64,000 nt of DNA from contig JBBDRP010000002.1 of assembly GCA_040905385.1 (NCBI GenBank), positions 459,526 through 523,525 of the forward strand. Direction: 5' to 3'. A program made the translations under genes and the position numbers. Below are positions 9,637 through 19,775 of the stretch, one piece after another; position 1 is the first letter of the stretch, and every line of letters begins with the position of its first letter. Origin of the DNA: Minisyncoccota bacterium (GTDB lineage: Bacteria > Patescibacteriota > Minisyncoccia > Phycocordibacterales > SW-6-46-9). The notes under the pieces are model-generated. The model was not told the origin of the DNA. It was given only the letters and a program-made list of their open reading frames with translations, and did no database searches.

Positions 9637-11226
9637 TTAATCTTGTATTTGCGCGATTGGCAGCTGTATGTAAAAGGTTGTGCCTTCACCTTCTTGTGAC
9701 TCAAACCATATTGTACCATCATGCTCATCAATAATTTGTTTCGAGATGTAGAGACCAATTCCCGTTCCATCTGTTTTTATCTTGGTAGCATTATCAGCCC
9801 GATAAAACTTCGAGAAAATTTTGTCTTGTGATTGCGCCGGGATCCCGATTCCACTATCGGCGATTGATACCTGAACCATATCACTACCGTAATCATTGGT
9901 GACATGAACAGTAGCATCTATCTTTACAGTACCATCAGCTGGTGTGTATTTCAATGCATTATCAATCAAGTTACGAAGAACAATCTTGAGTTTTTCCTGA
10001 TCAGCCTTAACCTTCGGTAACGAATCTTCCGGCTGATGAAAGATAATATCTGCCTGTTCAAGAATTCGCTCATTAGCCCGTGCTTCTTCAACATAATCAT
10101 CAATCAATGTAACAATATCAGTAGGTTCGAAGTTATATCCATCCTCACCTGACTGCAGCCGATCAAGATTAAGGAGTGCGTTCACAATCTCAAGCATGTT
10201 TTGTGTACTACGGTAACCGCGTTGAGCAATCTTTTTTTGTTCTTCATCCTGAAGCTGGCTAGCCAGTATCTCCAACGACCAACGAATTGAGGAAAGTGGC
10301 GTCCGTATCTGATGAGCTGCTACAGTCACGAACGTAAGCTTCATATCCTCGATAAATTCGTCCTTGGTAATATCATGGAGCATTACCAAGGTGTAATTCT
10401 TCCCGTCTTCAGTTTGCGTCACTTCAACATCTACTTCAAATGTTTGTTTGTCAATCTTAATTTTTTCCGGCTTGTCTGGATTAGAGCGGATTAAACGAAT
10501 GAGATCTTTCAATTCCTCACGGCCATCAAGCGTATCAATTGACTTTCCACATATATTCGATCGATCTACAGACAGAACATCAGCCGCATGCGCATTAATG
10601 GTGTCTATTTTGTTTTCATGATCAATCACCAAAAGCCCATTGCGCATACCGTCTATGATTGCCAGCGTTTTTTGATGCTCGTACGCAGCTGTTCCAACGC
10701 ACATTACATCAGGGACGTTTTCTGTGTCTTTATCATTTTGGTCGTCCTCGCTTTGAATATCAAGTTTTTTGCCAGAAGTTGGAGCCGCTGGTAGCTGGAC
10801 AAGTATTGGAGATATACCAACATAATATCCAGTGAGATTATTATTAATATCTCGTCGTGGACCAATAGTGACCACAACATTCTTTGTTTTACCGCTTTCT
10901 GTCTTTAGGGTTAACTTTTTTTCTTCTGTACTGCTTGATGTTTGATCAGCCTTTTCCAAAAGAATTCGGAGCTGGTCCTTTTCTATAAAAAAATCGGACA
11001 GTAATGTGCCGCTAGATTGATTTTTTGTGTGACCAGAAATACGTGAAAAAGCTTTATTAACCTCGACAATGACCTGATTGCTATTAACAATGCAGACAGC
11101 TAGCGGAAGAAAAGCGGTAAACTCCTCCATATACGCCTCCAGATTATGCAGTTCATCAGCAAGATCTGCAGTGTCTATATTGTTACGAGGGTTAGTATCC
11201 ACGTTAAACATGAGATTAATTGCCAA
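9637..11226 (-). CDS. sensor histidine kinase with PAS domains (cytoplasmic)
   Basis: H-box HQIRTPLSSIRWSLEIL. HATPase_c motifs DSGIGIP and GTGIGLYISKQII. No TM segment. Confidence 0.8.
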   Translation of the reverse strand: MAINLMFNVDTNPRNNIDTADLADELHNLEAYMEEFTAFLPLAVCIVNSNQVIVEVNKAFSRISGHTKNQSSGTLLSDFFIEKDQLRILLEKADQTSSSTEEKKLTLKTESGKTKNVVVTIGPRRDINNNLTGYYVGISPILVQLPAAPTSGKKLDIQSEDDQNDKDTENVPDVMCVGTAAYEHQKTLAIIDGMRNGLLVIDHENKIDTINAHAADVLSVDRSNICGKSIDTLDGREELKDLIRLIRSNPDKPEKIKIDKQTFEVDVEVTQTEDGKNYTLVMLHDITKDEFIEDMKLTFVTVAAHQIRTPLSSIRWSLEILASQLQDEEQKKIAQRGYRSTQNMLEIVNALLNLDRLQSGEDGYNFEPTDIVTLIDDYVEEARANERILEQADIIFHQPEDSLPKVKADQEKLKIVLRNLIDNALKYTPADGTVKIDATVHVTNDYGSDMVQVSIADSGIGIPAQSQDKIFSKFYRADNATKIKTDGTGIGLYISKQIIDEHDGTIWFESQEGEGTTFYIQLPIAQIQD

Positions 11227-11284
11227 ATCTACTGTTCATTGTACCGTATGAGGAAGTATTAAAACAATATTACGTATAGGTAAC

Positions 11285-13417
11285 TTACTTCGCCTTCTTC
11301 TCTGACTTCATCTTCTCAAGTATAGCTATTTCGTCTCTAATTAAAGCGGCTGTTTCAAAATCAAGCTCCTTTACAGCGGAATTCATCTCCTGCCGTTTTT
11401 TAGTTATTATCGCATCAGGATCTGCATCAAAATCCTTTTTGTCAATTTGGATCATGGTATCGACGGCCTTGTCATGCTCTGTAAGTAAATTATCAGTGAT
11501 TGAACCGATTTTTTTCTCGATGGTTTTCGGGGTAATTCCATGCTCTTTGTTGTAGGCCAGCTGAATTTCTCGCCGACGCTCTGTCTCATCAATCGCTCGT
11601 TGCATTGATCCAGTTATCTTGTCTGCATACAGAATCACGCGACCATCAACATTACGAGCCGCGCGTCCCATCGTCTGAATCAAGGACGTCTCAGAGCGAA
11701 GAAATCCCTCCTTATCAGCATCAAGAATTCCAATCAAAGAAACCTCGGGAAGATCTAGTCCTTCTCGTAGTAGATTGACTCCGACCACCACATCAAAATC
11801 ACCGCTACGAAACCCGCGCAGAATTTTAATTCGCTCCATGGTTTTTATATCACTGTGAAGGTACTTAGCCTTGATTCCCGCCTCATCAAGGTACTGAGCC
11901 AGATCCTCGGCCATCTTCTTGGTAAGTGTGGTGATGATGATTCGCTGATCATTGGCAATTACCTTTTCGGCCTCGGCGATAATATCCTTTACCTGTCCCC
12001 TATACTGATTTGAATCAGTCGGGCGATCATTCCGCTTATCGCGGGATGATTTAGCCGGATAATCTTTATTAGAAACAACGGGACGGACGTCAATTTCAGG
12101 ATCAATTAGACCAGTCGGACGAATTATCTGTTCAACCACTGCGTCACAGCCCTCGAATCCTTCACCCGTCTCGGGCTCATGATCAGGACAGCACTTCTCG
12201 AGCTCGTACTTCCCTGGTGTGGCCGTGGTGTATATTGTCTGACTAACCCGCTCCTCAAACTCAGAAAACTGCAGCGGTCGGTTGTCCAGTGCGCTCGGGA
12301 GGCGAAAGCCATGCTCTACCAGATTCTCCTTCCGAGCCCGATCACCGGCATACATCCCACCAATCTGCGGGATGGTAACGTGCGACTCGTCAATTACGGT
12401 CAGGAAGTCGGGATTACCGTCACTATCCTTAGGAAAGTATGAAAGCAGCGTATCCGGAGCAGTTCCGGCGGCTTTACCGGAAAAGTGACGCGCGTAGTTC
12501 TCGATTCCATTACAGTAGCCAACCTCGCGAATTAGGGCTAAATCATGACGAGTACGCCGCTTGAGACGATCTGCCTCCAGTAGCTTACCATCATTATTCA
12601 GTACCTCCAGCCGCTCCTCGAGCTCGGCTTCAATTGACTCAGCAGCCCGAATAATCTCCTCCTCAGAAGAGACAAAGTGTTCAGCCGGAAAGAGAAAGAA
12701 ATTATCAACCGGGGTAATGATCTCACGAGTGGTGATATTAATCTTGTCGATTGCAGTTACTTCCCCGGCCATAAACTCCACACGATACATCACCTCCTCA
12801 TTGACCGGAACGACCTCAATATTGTTGCCGACCGCCCGAAAGGTACCTGGCTTGGGCGCGGTATCATTGCGCCGGAACTGCATATCAACCAGCGTCCGGG
12901 CTAGCTCCTGCCGGCCTAACTTCTGACCGACCTCGATACGCTGGTTTATCTCCTCGTAGCGCTCCGGTGAACCCAGTCCGTAGATACACGACACCGACGC
13001 CACAATAATGGCGTCATCACGCGTCAAGAGCGCCTGTGTCGAGGCATGCCGCAGGCGGTCAATCTCCTCGTTGATCTGGGCCTCCTTTTCAATATACGTA
13101 TCACTGCCGGATACATACGCTTCTGGCTGATAGTAGTCGTAGTAGGATACAAAGTAGTGCACCGCCGCCTCGGGAAAGAAGTCGCGATACTCCTGCGTCA
13201 GCTGGGCAGCCAGGGTCTTGTTGTGAGCAATTACCAGCGTTGGCTTCTGCACGTGCTCGATCACGTTCGCCATTGTAAAGGTTTTCCCTGAGCCGGTAAC
13301 ACCAAGCAGCGTCATGTCCTCTCGCCCGGCTGCTAGACCGTCTGTAAGTCCTTTGATTGCCTTCGGCTGGTCTCCCGCAGGCTCAAAGTCAGATTGTAAG
13401 TTAAATATATTACTCAT
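11285..13417 (-). CDS. uvrB: excinuclease ABC subunit B
   Basis: GDQPKAIKGL..., LLGVTGSGKTFTMANVIE, IRPTGLIDP, C-terminal UVR domain. Two short insertions relative to the canonical protein, one Cys-containing (CCPDHEPETGEGFEGC). Confidence 0.9.
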   Translation of the reverse strand: MSNIFNLQSDFEPAGDQPKAIKGLTDGLAAGREDMTLLGVTGSGKTFTMANVIEHVQKPTLVIAHNKTLAAQLTQEYRDFFPEAAVHYFVSYYDYYQPEAYVSGSDTYIEKEAQINEEIDRLRHASTQALLTRDDAIIVASVSCIYGLGSPERYEEINQRIEVGQKLGRQELARTLVDMQFRRNDTAPKPGTFRAVGNNIEVVPVNEEVMYRVEFMAGEVTAIDKINITTREIITPVDNFFLFPAEHFVSSEEEIIRAAESIEAELEERLEVLNNDGKLLEADRLKRRTRHDLALIREVGYCNGIENYARHFSGKAAGTAPDTLLSYFPKDSDGNPDFLTVIDESHVTIPQIGGMYAGDRARKENLVEHGFRLPSALDNRPLQFSEFEERVSQTIYTTATPGKYELEKCCPDHEPETGEGFEGCDAVVEQIIRPTGLIDPEIDVRPVVSNKDYPAKSSRDKRNDRPTDSNQYRGQVKDIIAEAEKVIANDQRIIITTLTKKMAEDLAQYLDEAGIKAKYLHSDIKTMERIKILRGFRSGDFDVVVGVNLLREGLDLPEVSLIGILDADKEGFLRSETSLIQTMGRAARNVDGRVILYADKITGSMQRAIDETERRREIQLAYNKEHGITPKTIEKKIGSITDNLLTEHDKAVDTMIQIDKKDFDADPDAIITKKRQEMNSAVKELDFETAALIRDEIAILEKMKSEKKAK

Positions 13418-13527
13418 GTTGTATATGAAGGTTGACCTGCCCCGCTTGCCTCGTGGCGAGTCCTGCGAGCTTTACGAGGTGTATTGTAGCGGGTTTGAGC
13501 TCGTATTGAAAATTGAGGTTTCTTTTT

Positions 13528-13556
13528 TTGACAAGTGTATTTGAAATATATATTAT
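13528..13556 (+). promoter_or_regulatory. sigma70-like promoter for the 13598 gene
   Basis: TTGACA, 17-nt spacer, TATTAT. An AAAGGTGA Shine-Dalgarno precedes the ATG. Confidence 0.4.
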
Positions 13557-13597
13557 CAATAACAGACTAATCGCAACAAAAAACAAAGGTGATGTAG

Positions 13598-14062
13598 ATG
13601 TTTCTATTTAAGAAAAAAAGTAGTATAAACGAAAAAGACTTAAGTCATGTAAAAGAGCTTATCAGATCTCTTAGTGATACGCTAAGTTATCGACCAGAGA
13701 TTTGGTGTGGAGTTTTTGGTTTACAACGAAAAAACGAAACTTCGGAATGGTTAGAAAAACAAATATATGATTTCAAAATAAGTCTGAAAGCAAGTATCGT
13801 ATTACGCCTTCCTGCTGCAACGTATGGCGAAACTCCTACGACCAAAGAAGTTGCAGAGCAAGCCTCTCTTTTGGAGAATAAAGTTCGTGAATTCATGAAA
13901 GAAGTCACAGAAGAGATCGAAGAGAAACACTGGATTACAGAGGAGATTCGCGAATTACTATCTGATAACCAATCTTTTGATGGTTTCCAAAAACTTGTAG
14001 ATGAAGCTGCGAAAGAACACATAGAAGAATCATTAGAATTCTATCTACGCTGGTGCAGGTAA
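13598..14062 (+). CDS. hypothetical protein
   Basis: 154-aa ORF with a promoter and Shine-Dalgarno upstream and a hairpin downstream. Confidence 0.6.
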   Translation: MFLFKKKSSINEKDLSHVKELIRSLSDTLSYRPEIWCGVFGLQRKNETSEWLEKQIYDFKISLKASIVLRLPAATYGETPTTKEVAEQASLLENKVREFMKEVTEEIEEKHWITEEIRELLSDNQSFDGFQKLVDEAAKEHIEESLEFYLRWCR

Positions 14063-14084
14063 GAAAATCATTAACTAAATTTAA

Positions 14085-14114
14085 AAGCCATTCCACCCTG
14101 GAGTGGCTTTTTTA
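14085..14114 (+). terminator. imperfect hairpin plus T6
   Basis: agccattcc..ggagtggct followed by TTTTTT. Confidence 0.45.
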
Positions 14115-14135
14115 TTACCTACCCCCTAAAGGCTA

Positions 14136-14996
14136 TTATCCAAGCTCTTGACGAAGCAGTTCTCGCCCACCAATCAGGCCAACATCATCCTGCAAGATAG
14201 CTCGCTGCAACGTTGGTACCTCCGGCAGTATCTTCACCTTTCGTTCCAGCGCCTTCTGCATGTAGGCAAAGGACAGAAACTCGTTACGAATAATCATCGA
14301 GCCACCAAGCACAATCACATCCGGCGCCCACATCACAATAATATTATTAAGCGCGGCAACTAGCCGATCCTGAAACTCGGCCCATAGCTGTTTATCCTTT
14401 ACCTCGACGGCATTCTGACCAGTGCGCTCCTCTATATTGTGGCCCGATAGAAAGTACTCAAGATGACCAGGAACATGCCCCTCATCGGGAAGATCATCAC
14501 CAGCAGCCAGGAAATCACCGATATCAACCACCTGATGACCCGGTTCAAAGCCAAACCGAGCCCGGTCAATCACCCCATCCACAATGCGACTACCACCAAC
14601 CCCCGTACCAACGGTAAAGTAGGCCGTAATGCCATCCGGACTTCCGGCCCCGTGATGGGCCTCACCCAGACCACCAAGCGCCGTATCATTGGCAATAAAT
14701 ATCTTTTCCGGACTCACAATATCAGCCAGAAATGGCCTTAAGGGTGTATCTATCCAGCCTGCAAGATTAGGGGCCCGCAGCAGCATTCCCTCTTCACCAT
14801 CGACCACGCCGGCGATTCCAATGGCGATACCGGCAACCGCTTCATCCAGGTCACTAATAATTCCCGCAATCTGGTTCATACCAGCCGCCGCCTCATCTGG
14901 TGTCGAAAACTTCTGTACAATATCCACTGGATCGTCAAAGTCATCGCACCGGCCGATACGTGTTTTGGTTCCACCAATATCAATAAAGATATACAT
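14136..14996 (-). CDS. ROK-family sugar kinase (glucokinase-like)
   Basis: MYIFIDIGGTKTRIG; GIAGVVDGEEGMLLRAPNLAGW. Confidence 0.7.
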   Translation of the reverse strand: MYIFIDIGGTKTRIGRCDDFDDPVDIVQKFSTPDEAAAGMNQIAGIISDLDEAVAGIAIGIAGVVDGEEGMLLRAPNLAGWIDTPLRPFLADIVSPEKIFIANDTALGGLGEAHHGAGSPDGITAYFTVGTGVGGSRIVDGVIDRARFGFEPGHQVVDIGDFLAAGDDLPDEGHVPGHLEYFLSGHNIEERTGQNAVEVKDKQLWAEFQDRLVAALNNIIVMWAPDVIVLGGSMIIRNEFLSFAYMQKALERKVKILPEVPTLQRAILQDDVGLIGGRELLRQELG

Positions 14997-14999
14997 AAA

Positions 15000-16316
15000 T
15001 TACTTGTTTTCCATCTTAGCACGGGCAATATCCTTGTACGTCTCTACCTGCGGCTGATTAAAGGTATTAATCTCTAGCAGGTGTCCGAGATACATCACGA
15101 TCAACTGCTCCAGCATTAGCAGCTTCCCTAGTGTCTCAGTATCAAACTGCGAAATTGTAATTTCCACAAACGGACGATCATTCTTGCGAAAGGACTCAAC
15201 CGTGGCTTCGCTAAGGGCTTGGTATACATCATACAGATCGTGGTTAGCCAGGTGTACCAGATCATCCACCAATAGCCCTTCATTGGTTATGGTCTCATTC
15301 AGATCGCCAATCTTTGCCTGCTGACGAATAAATATTGTAAAAAAGTTCTTCGGCCCACCTAACTGCAGCTGAAAATCAGCGTGGAGATCACGGGGTGCAA
15401 TGCTGGTAACAGGATACGCACCAGAGAAGACCGGCTCGCCACGACGATTTTTACGTTTACCGAGACTCTCAGCAAACAGCTGTCGGATCCAACTGCCAAG
15501 ACTCTCGGCCTGTGGCGTAAAGAAGTAGTGATTCAGAATTCGCTCTCCCTTTTGTATGTGGTCATAAATAATCGAAGCGAGCGCCGCGGCCGGATCGCTC
15601 GTTGGTCGACCAGACAAGCAGGCAGACCGTAGCGCCCGAGCTCCAGCAGTTAAGTCACTCGTTGCAATACCGACCAATGACAGTGGAAGTAAATTAGCTA
15701 GAGAAAACATACTGAAACGACCGCTTACCTGTTCTGGAACAGGTAGCGTCTTTATATCTCCTTCCTTGGCCTTTTTTTCAAGTGGACTTCCGGGCTTAGT
15801 AACTACTACAATTTGATTCAATACGGACTCCAGCGAAAAAATACTACCAAGCTTTTTAGCAAGCACGTTTGCATTTGCAATGGTTTCAACTGTTTTACCA
15901 GACTTGCTAATTACACAGATAGCAATCTGCGTAATATCAGGCTTCCTCTCCTGTAAAAGTGTCAGAAGATTCTTAATACTCTGGTCATCGATTGTATCAA
16001 TTGTATGCAGATCAGCCTGCGTCTGAAGAGACAGAAGATCATATACTGCTCGACTGCCACGAGCTGAGCCACCCATGCCCACCACAATCACATCAGTCAA
16101 CTCACTGTGTGAAAAGACAGCTTGCATATCTGTCAGTGCCGCAGTTATCTCTTCGTCATCGATTAAGGACAGAGCAGACTCCGGTGAATGATAACCGTCA
16201 TCCTCAAGTACCTTCTTGAGCTCATCACGGTAGGATGAGATATGCGAAATATGCGCCTGCATATCTGCATTGTTAACACCGCTGGTATGCACATGATTTA
16301 TTTCCATTCCAGCCAT
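15000..16316 (-). CDS. pgi: glucose-6-phosphate isomerase
   Basis: VVGMGGSARGS (the DxGIGGSxLG-type motif) and VISKSGKTVET (SKSGxTxET). Confidence 0.8.
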   Translation of the reverse strand: MAGMEINHVHTSGVNNADMQAHISHISSYRDELKKVLEDDGYHSPESALSLIDDEEITAALTDMQAVFSHSELTDVIVVGMGGSARGSRAVYDLLSLQTQADLHTIDTIDDQSIKNLLTLLQERKPDITQIAICVISKSGKTVETIANANVLAKKLGSIFSLESVLNQIVVVTKPGSPLEKKAKEGDIKTLPVPEQVSGRFSMFSLANLLPLSLVGIATSDLTAGARALRSACLSGRPTSDPAAALASIIYDHIQKGERILNHYFFTPQAESLGSWIRQLFAESLGKRKNRRGEPVFSGAYPVTSIAPRDLHADFQLQLGGPKNFFTIFIRQQAKIGDLNETITNEGLLVDDLVHLANHDLYDVYQALSEATVESFRKNDRPFVEITISQFDTETLGKLLMLEQLIVMYLGHLLEINTFNQPQVETYKDIARAKMENK

Positions 16317-16352
16317 TGATGGTTATCATTAATTGATAAAACAGATCTCTCC

Positions 16353-16661
16353 TTAGTTCGCATCAAAACCCATCGGCTCACTTGGAGGTCCATCGGCGTG
16401 ATCCGGAAGGTCAATGTCAGCCTCTCCGTCATCTAGAATTTCTATATCACACTCATCCTCAAGCATCTCTTTGAGCTCTTCAAGGCGCTCACGATCCTCC
16501 AGATCTTCTTTAGAGAGCGCAGCATCGTCAATGTCAGGGTTCATAAAATCATCCTCTTCAAGTCGACGTCGCAACGCCTGATACTCATCGAGTAATTCTT
16601 GGCAACGTGAATCAATATCAGCCATACGAAATAAGTTGATTAACTTTTTATAATCTCTCAC
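16353..16661 (-). CDS. hypothetical acidic protein
   Basis: 102-aa ORF, D/E-rich. Confidence 0.5.
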   Translation of the reverse strand: MRDYKKLINLFRMADIDSRCQELLDEYQALRRRLEEDDFMNPDIDDAALSKEDLEDRERLEELKEMLEDECDIEILDDGEADIDLPDHADGPPSEPMGFDAN

Positions 16662-16685
16662 AAAGGGCCACCTCCCCTTTGTACC

Positions 16686-17105
16686 TTATTTTTCGTCTGG
16701 CGCAATACTTTTAGAAATTTTCTCACTCCCCTTCTTAATCTCTTCGGCAGCTGCTGCTCGTAGTTCATCCCCGCGTTCCTCCACTGCTTTCTTGATATGT
16801 ACCCAATTCGACTTAAGTTCTTGGCGAATTACCTCAACCTCCTGCTCCTTTTTGGCTCGCCCAGTTGCAAACTTCTCTACCGCTGCATCCACTATTTCAT
16901 TGTATCGCTCCTTGGTGAGAGACTCGGCCTCCTCCAGCTTATCTAGCACCTCTCCTTTGGTCTTTAGAATCCAGCCACGAAAGTTATTTCGTCGGCGGTC
17001 TCCATCCGGACCATAAAAGTACATAGCACCGGCAGCCAAAGCAGCCGATAATCCTGCAACAATTCCCGTATGTGATTTTTTTTCTTCGTGGTTTTCCTCA
17101 GTCAT
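16686..17105 (-). CDS. hypothetical protein (N-terminal hydrophobic segment plus coiled-coil)
   Basis: 139-aa ORF. Confidence 0.55.
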   Translation of the reverse strand: MTEENHEEKKSHTGIVAGLSAALAAGAMYFYGPDGDRRRNNFRGWILKTKGEVLDKLEEAESLTKERYNEIVDAAVEKFATGRAKKEQEVEVIRQELKSNWVHIKKAVEERGDELRAAAAEEIKKGSEKISKSIAPDEK

Positions 17106-17131
17106 AATATTACGTATATTACATTACTAAT

Positions 17132-17425
17132 TTACTCATCCTGTTCATCCTTTTGTGGTTTTAGTATTCGTCGAATAAATCGGGCGGTTGTAACAGCTCC
17201 TAGCAAACCACTAAGTCGCGCGGCTTTGTGCCTCACATTACGACGAAATGCATCAATATCATCAATCACATCAACCGCTTCTTCTCGAACTATTTCCATT
17301 ATAATATAGATATCACGAATCAACTTAATAGCGTAAACGAGAAAAACCGCTAATAAAATTCCAACCACAATCATTACGACTGTAGTAACGAAAAAGAATA
17401 TGTCTGCTTGTAGAATTGATTCCAT
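17132..17425 (-). CDS. small membrane protein
   Basis: 97-aa ORF with one TM segment. Confidence 0.5.
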   Translation of the reverse strand: MESILQADIFFFVTTVVMIVVGILLAVFLVYAIKLIRDIYIIMEIVREEAVDVIDDIDAFRRNVRHKAARLSGLLGAVTTARFIRRILKPQKDEQDE

Positions 17426-17428
17426 ATT

Positions 17429-17911
17429 TTAACCTTTCGTGTAAACCTCAAACTCTTCTAAGTTTTCCCCTGGACCGACCTCCTGCAGGTTTAGCTCGAC
17501 ATCCTTACCGTTGTAGGTTGCGGAAATACTCGCATCCTCAGAGGCTTCGAACGTCACCTTGAAACGCTGTGTAGAGATCACCTGAGCACACACCTTATCG
17601 GGATCATCAACCTCACTGGCGAAATTTATTGACACCTGCTCCGGCAATGACTCAGCGATTGAGACATCATACGTAAGCAGATGACACGGTGTTGGAATCT
17701 CAGCCTCTCCAGCCACAATATGTACCCCTTCGTCTTCATTGTACTGGTGAGCCGCGGTTATAAGATTAGGAACAAATCCAGACTCACTTGATGTAGCCAC
17801 TCCACCAACATCAGCCGGAGAACCGGACTGATCTCCTGTCGTCAAGAAAACACCACCAACCACAATGGCAATAACCGCAACTCCGAGACTAATGAATGCT
17901 TTTCTGGACAT
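17429..17911 (-). CDS. membrane-anchored secreted protein
   Basis: N-terminal TM/signal anchor. Confidence 0.55.
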   Translation of the reverse strand: MSRKAFISLGVAVIAIVVGGVFLTTGDQSGSPADVGGVATSSESGFVPNLITAAHQYNEDEGVHIVAGEAEIPTPCHLLTYDVSIAESLPEQVSINFASEVDDPDKVCAQVISTQRFKVTFEASEDASISATYNGKDVELNLQEVGPGENLEEFEVYTKG

Positions 17912-17946
17912 AATTATATAGACAACTTAGTTGATAAAGCTGTAGC

Positions 17947-18621
17947 TTAACGACGAATTCCATCTCCGAATCGACGCTGACTGCCGCGTGATTCAGATCG
18001 CTTTCGACGAGTCACAAAATCCGTGTAACGACTTTCCAAAGAAGGAATCACGCTCATGTCATCAAGATCCTCCCGACGTCCGATGAGGGAAAAGCGTAAC
18101 TGAGTGCTGAAAAAGACAGCAATCAACAGTAGTGCCAACAGATAGAAACCAACTGTCAGTGCTGTGTCGGCGACAATTCCAGTCTCAGGAATCTCATTTA
18201 GTCCCACAGTCCCGGCAGCGGCTTCTTGATCATCATCACTCGTTGTAGACCCATCACTGTTCAGAATTGTGATGGAGATAGAATCAGTAGTAGTTCCACA
18301 ATCATTAGTGGCACTGAATTCAACCGTGTGATCACCTACCGCTTGCAGTGAAGGAATACCAGAGATTTGCCCATCACTGTAACTCAACCCAGCCGGCAGT
18401 GATGAATCGAGCTGATACGAGACACTGGTGCTAGTAACCACAAAGTAAGAAAAGTTCTCACCAGCAATCCCGAGCACACTATCGCTAGAGGTAATTTCAA
18501 AGTTCGGTACTTCACAGTCATTTTCGGCAGATTGCGCGTGCGTAACCTGCGGTGCGACAGCAAAGCTAAGTATGAAAAGTACCCCTAATACAAACGCCGG
18601 AATGTTACTAATGTATTTCAT
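17947..18621 (-). CDS. cell-wall-sorted surface protein with IPETG sorting signal
   Basis: Signal peptide. LPAGLSYSDGQISGIPS Ig-like motif. IPETG followed by a hydrophobic segment and a positively charged tail. Adjacent to a sortase gene. Confidence 0.7.
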   Translation of the reverse strand: MKYISNIPAFVLGVLFILSFAVAPQVTHAQSAENDCEVPNFEITSSDSVLGIAGENFSYFVVTSTSVSYQLDSSLPAGLSYSDGQISGIPSLQAVGDHTVEFSATNDCGTTTDSISITILNSDGSTTSDDDQEAAAGTVGLNEIPETGIVADTALTVGFYLLALLLIAVFFSTQLRFSLIGRREDLDDMSVIPSLESRYTDFVTRRKRSESRGSQRRFGDGIRR

Positions 18622-18678
18622 GTAAATGAAGCCTATCGGTTAATTGCCTGCATTATATCACGATTCATTGAAAGTCTT

Positions 18679-19359
18679 CTAAGACGATTGAATTTCTGCT
18701 TCTACTACCACCCTGTTTTCACGAGCACCGAAGGTAGTACAGGTTGAAATTGTTAACTTACCATATCCGGATTCAAACGAAACCAATCGATCATCCTCAT
18801 CAGCAATCTCAGTCGAGGTGACAACGTAAATCTGCTCCTGATCGTCTTCACCTGATACAACAATCTCATCCCCTACCTCCACATCGCTTAAGCCGTTAAA
18901 AGCTCGGTACGACTGATTACGAACCACTGGCAGCCGACTGGAGTGGCCAAAGAGAAACATCCGGCGCTCGCCACCAATACCACCAGAGCCTGGGTAGTGC
19001 ACGACTCCATCCTGCAGCGCGGCATCCAGCGTAGACACCGTAGCTTCAGCCGGAGTCGAGATATCGACATCGATTCCAACCGATTCAATTGCAATATGAG
19101 TCGGGCTAGCACCTACGATATCTTCATCAAGATCCTGGGGCGATGGGTTCGGTAGAATCGGTCGTGGCGGTCGCTTGTACGTAAGTCGATGCAGACTCGT
19201 TATCTCAGAAATCTGATTCTTTACCTGCTGATTAAACTCACTCACCTCGGTCGGAACCAATCCCAGCGATGATAAGAGAATATGCGTAGAGAAAAAAAGC
19301 ACCAAGATTAATACGATGGTGCCACGACTCATTCGTTTGTTTTCATCAGCAGTCTTCAT
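18679..19359 (-). CDS. sortase (transpeptidase)
   Basis: N-terminal TM. LFGHSS (His), LTISTCT (catalytic Cys, TLxTC motif), NRVVVEA (Arg). Confidence 0.75.
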   Translation of the reverse strand: MKTADENKRMSRGTIVLILVLFFSTHILLSSLGLVPTEVSEFNQQVKNQISEITSLHRLTYKRPPRPILPNPSPQDLDEDIVGASPTHIAIESVGIDVDISTPAEATVSTLDAALQDGVVHYPGSGGIGGERRMFLFGHSSRLPVVRNQSYRAFNGLSDVEVGDEIVVSGEDDQEQIYVVTSTEIADEDDRLVSFESGYGKLTISTCTTFGARENRVVVEAEIQSS

Positions 19360-19409
19360 GCGGAGTCATTGTAGTATAAAAATCCTACTTGTGCTCGAAG
19401 TTACGAACC

Positions 19410-19763
19410 CTACTGATCCATCTGTCGATACAGACGGCCAGTAAAAAGCAGCACGGCTAATCCAATGATGAGCAGTAAGCCGGGATTATCCTTGAAAAAG
19501 TCAATCTGTTGAATCACATCAGCAAATCCCTGCCAGGTTGCCACCAATCCAAACAGACCAAGTGTCGAGAAGAAGAAAGGATGCTTCTCAAAGGCCGTAC
19601 GCCGATGGCGGCGAAATACCTCGTGAACAGACTCGGGAATATCATGCATCAGATCCGCAACCCGGTGCTCGAGATTATGCAGGTAGTTGTGAGCCTCCTC
19701 GTCATAGGCCTCCTCAGGCTCTTTCAGATCGTCAATTAATGATTCATCTTTTTCTTCTGGCAT
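19410..19763 (-). CDS. small membrane protein
   Basis: 117-aa ORF with two hydrophobic helices. Confidence 0.5.
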   Translation of the reverse strand: MPEEKDESLIDDLKEPEEAYDEEAHNYLHNLEHRVADLMHDIPESVHEVFRRHRRTAFEKHPFFFSTLGLFGLVATWQGFADVIQQIDFFKDNPGLLLIIGLAVLLFTGRLYRQMDQ

Positions 19764-19775
19764 ATTTCTTTATGT

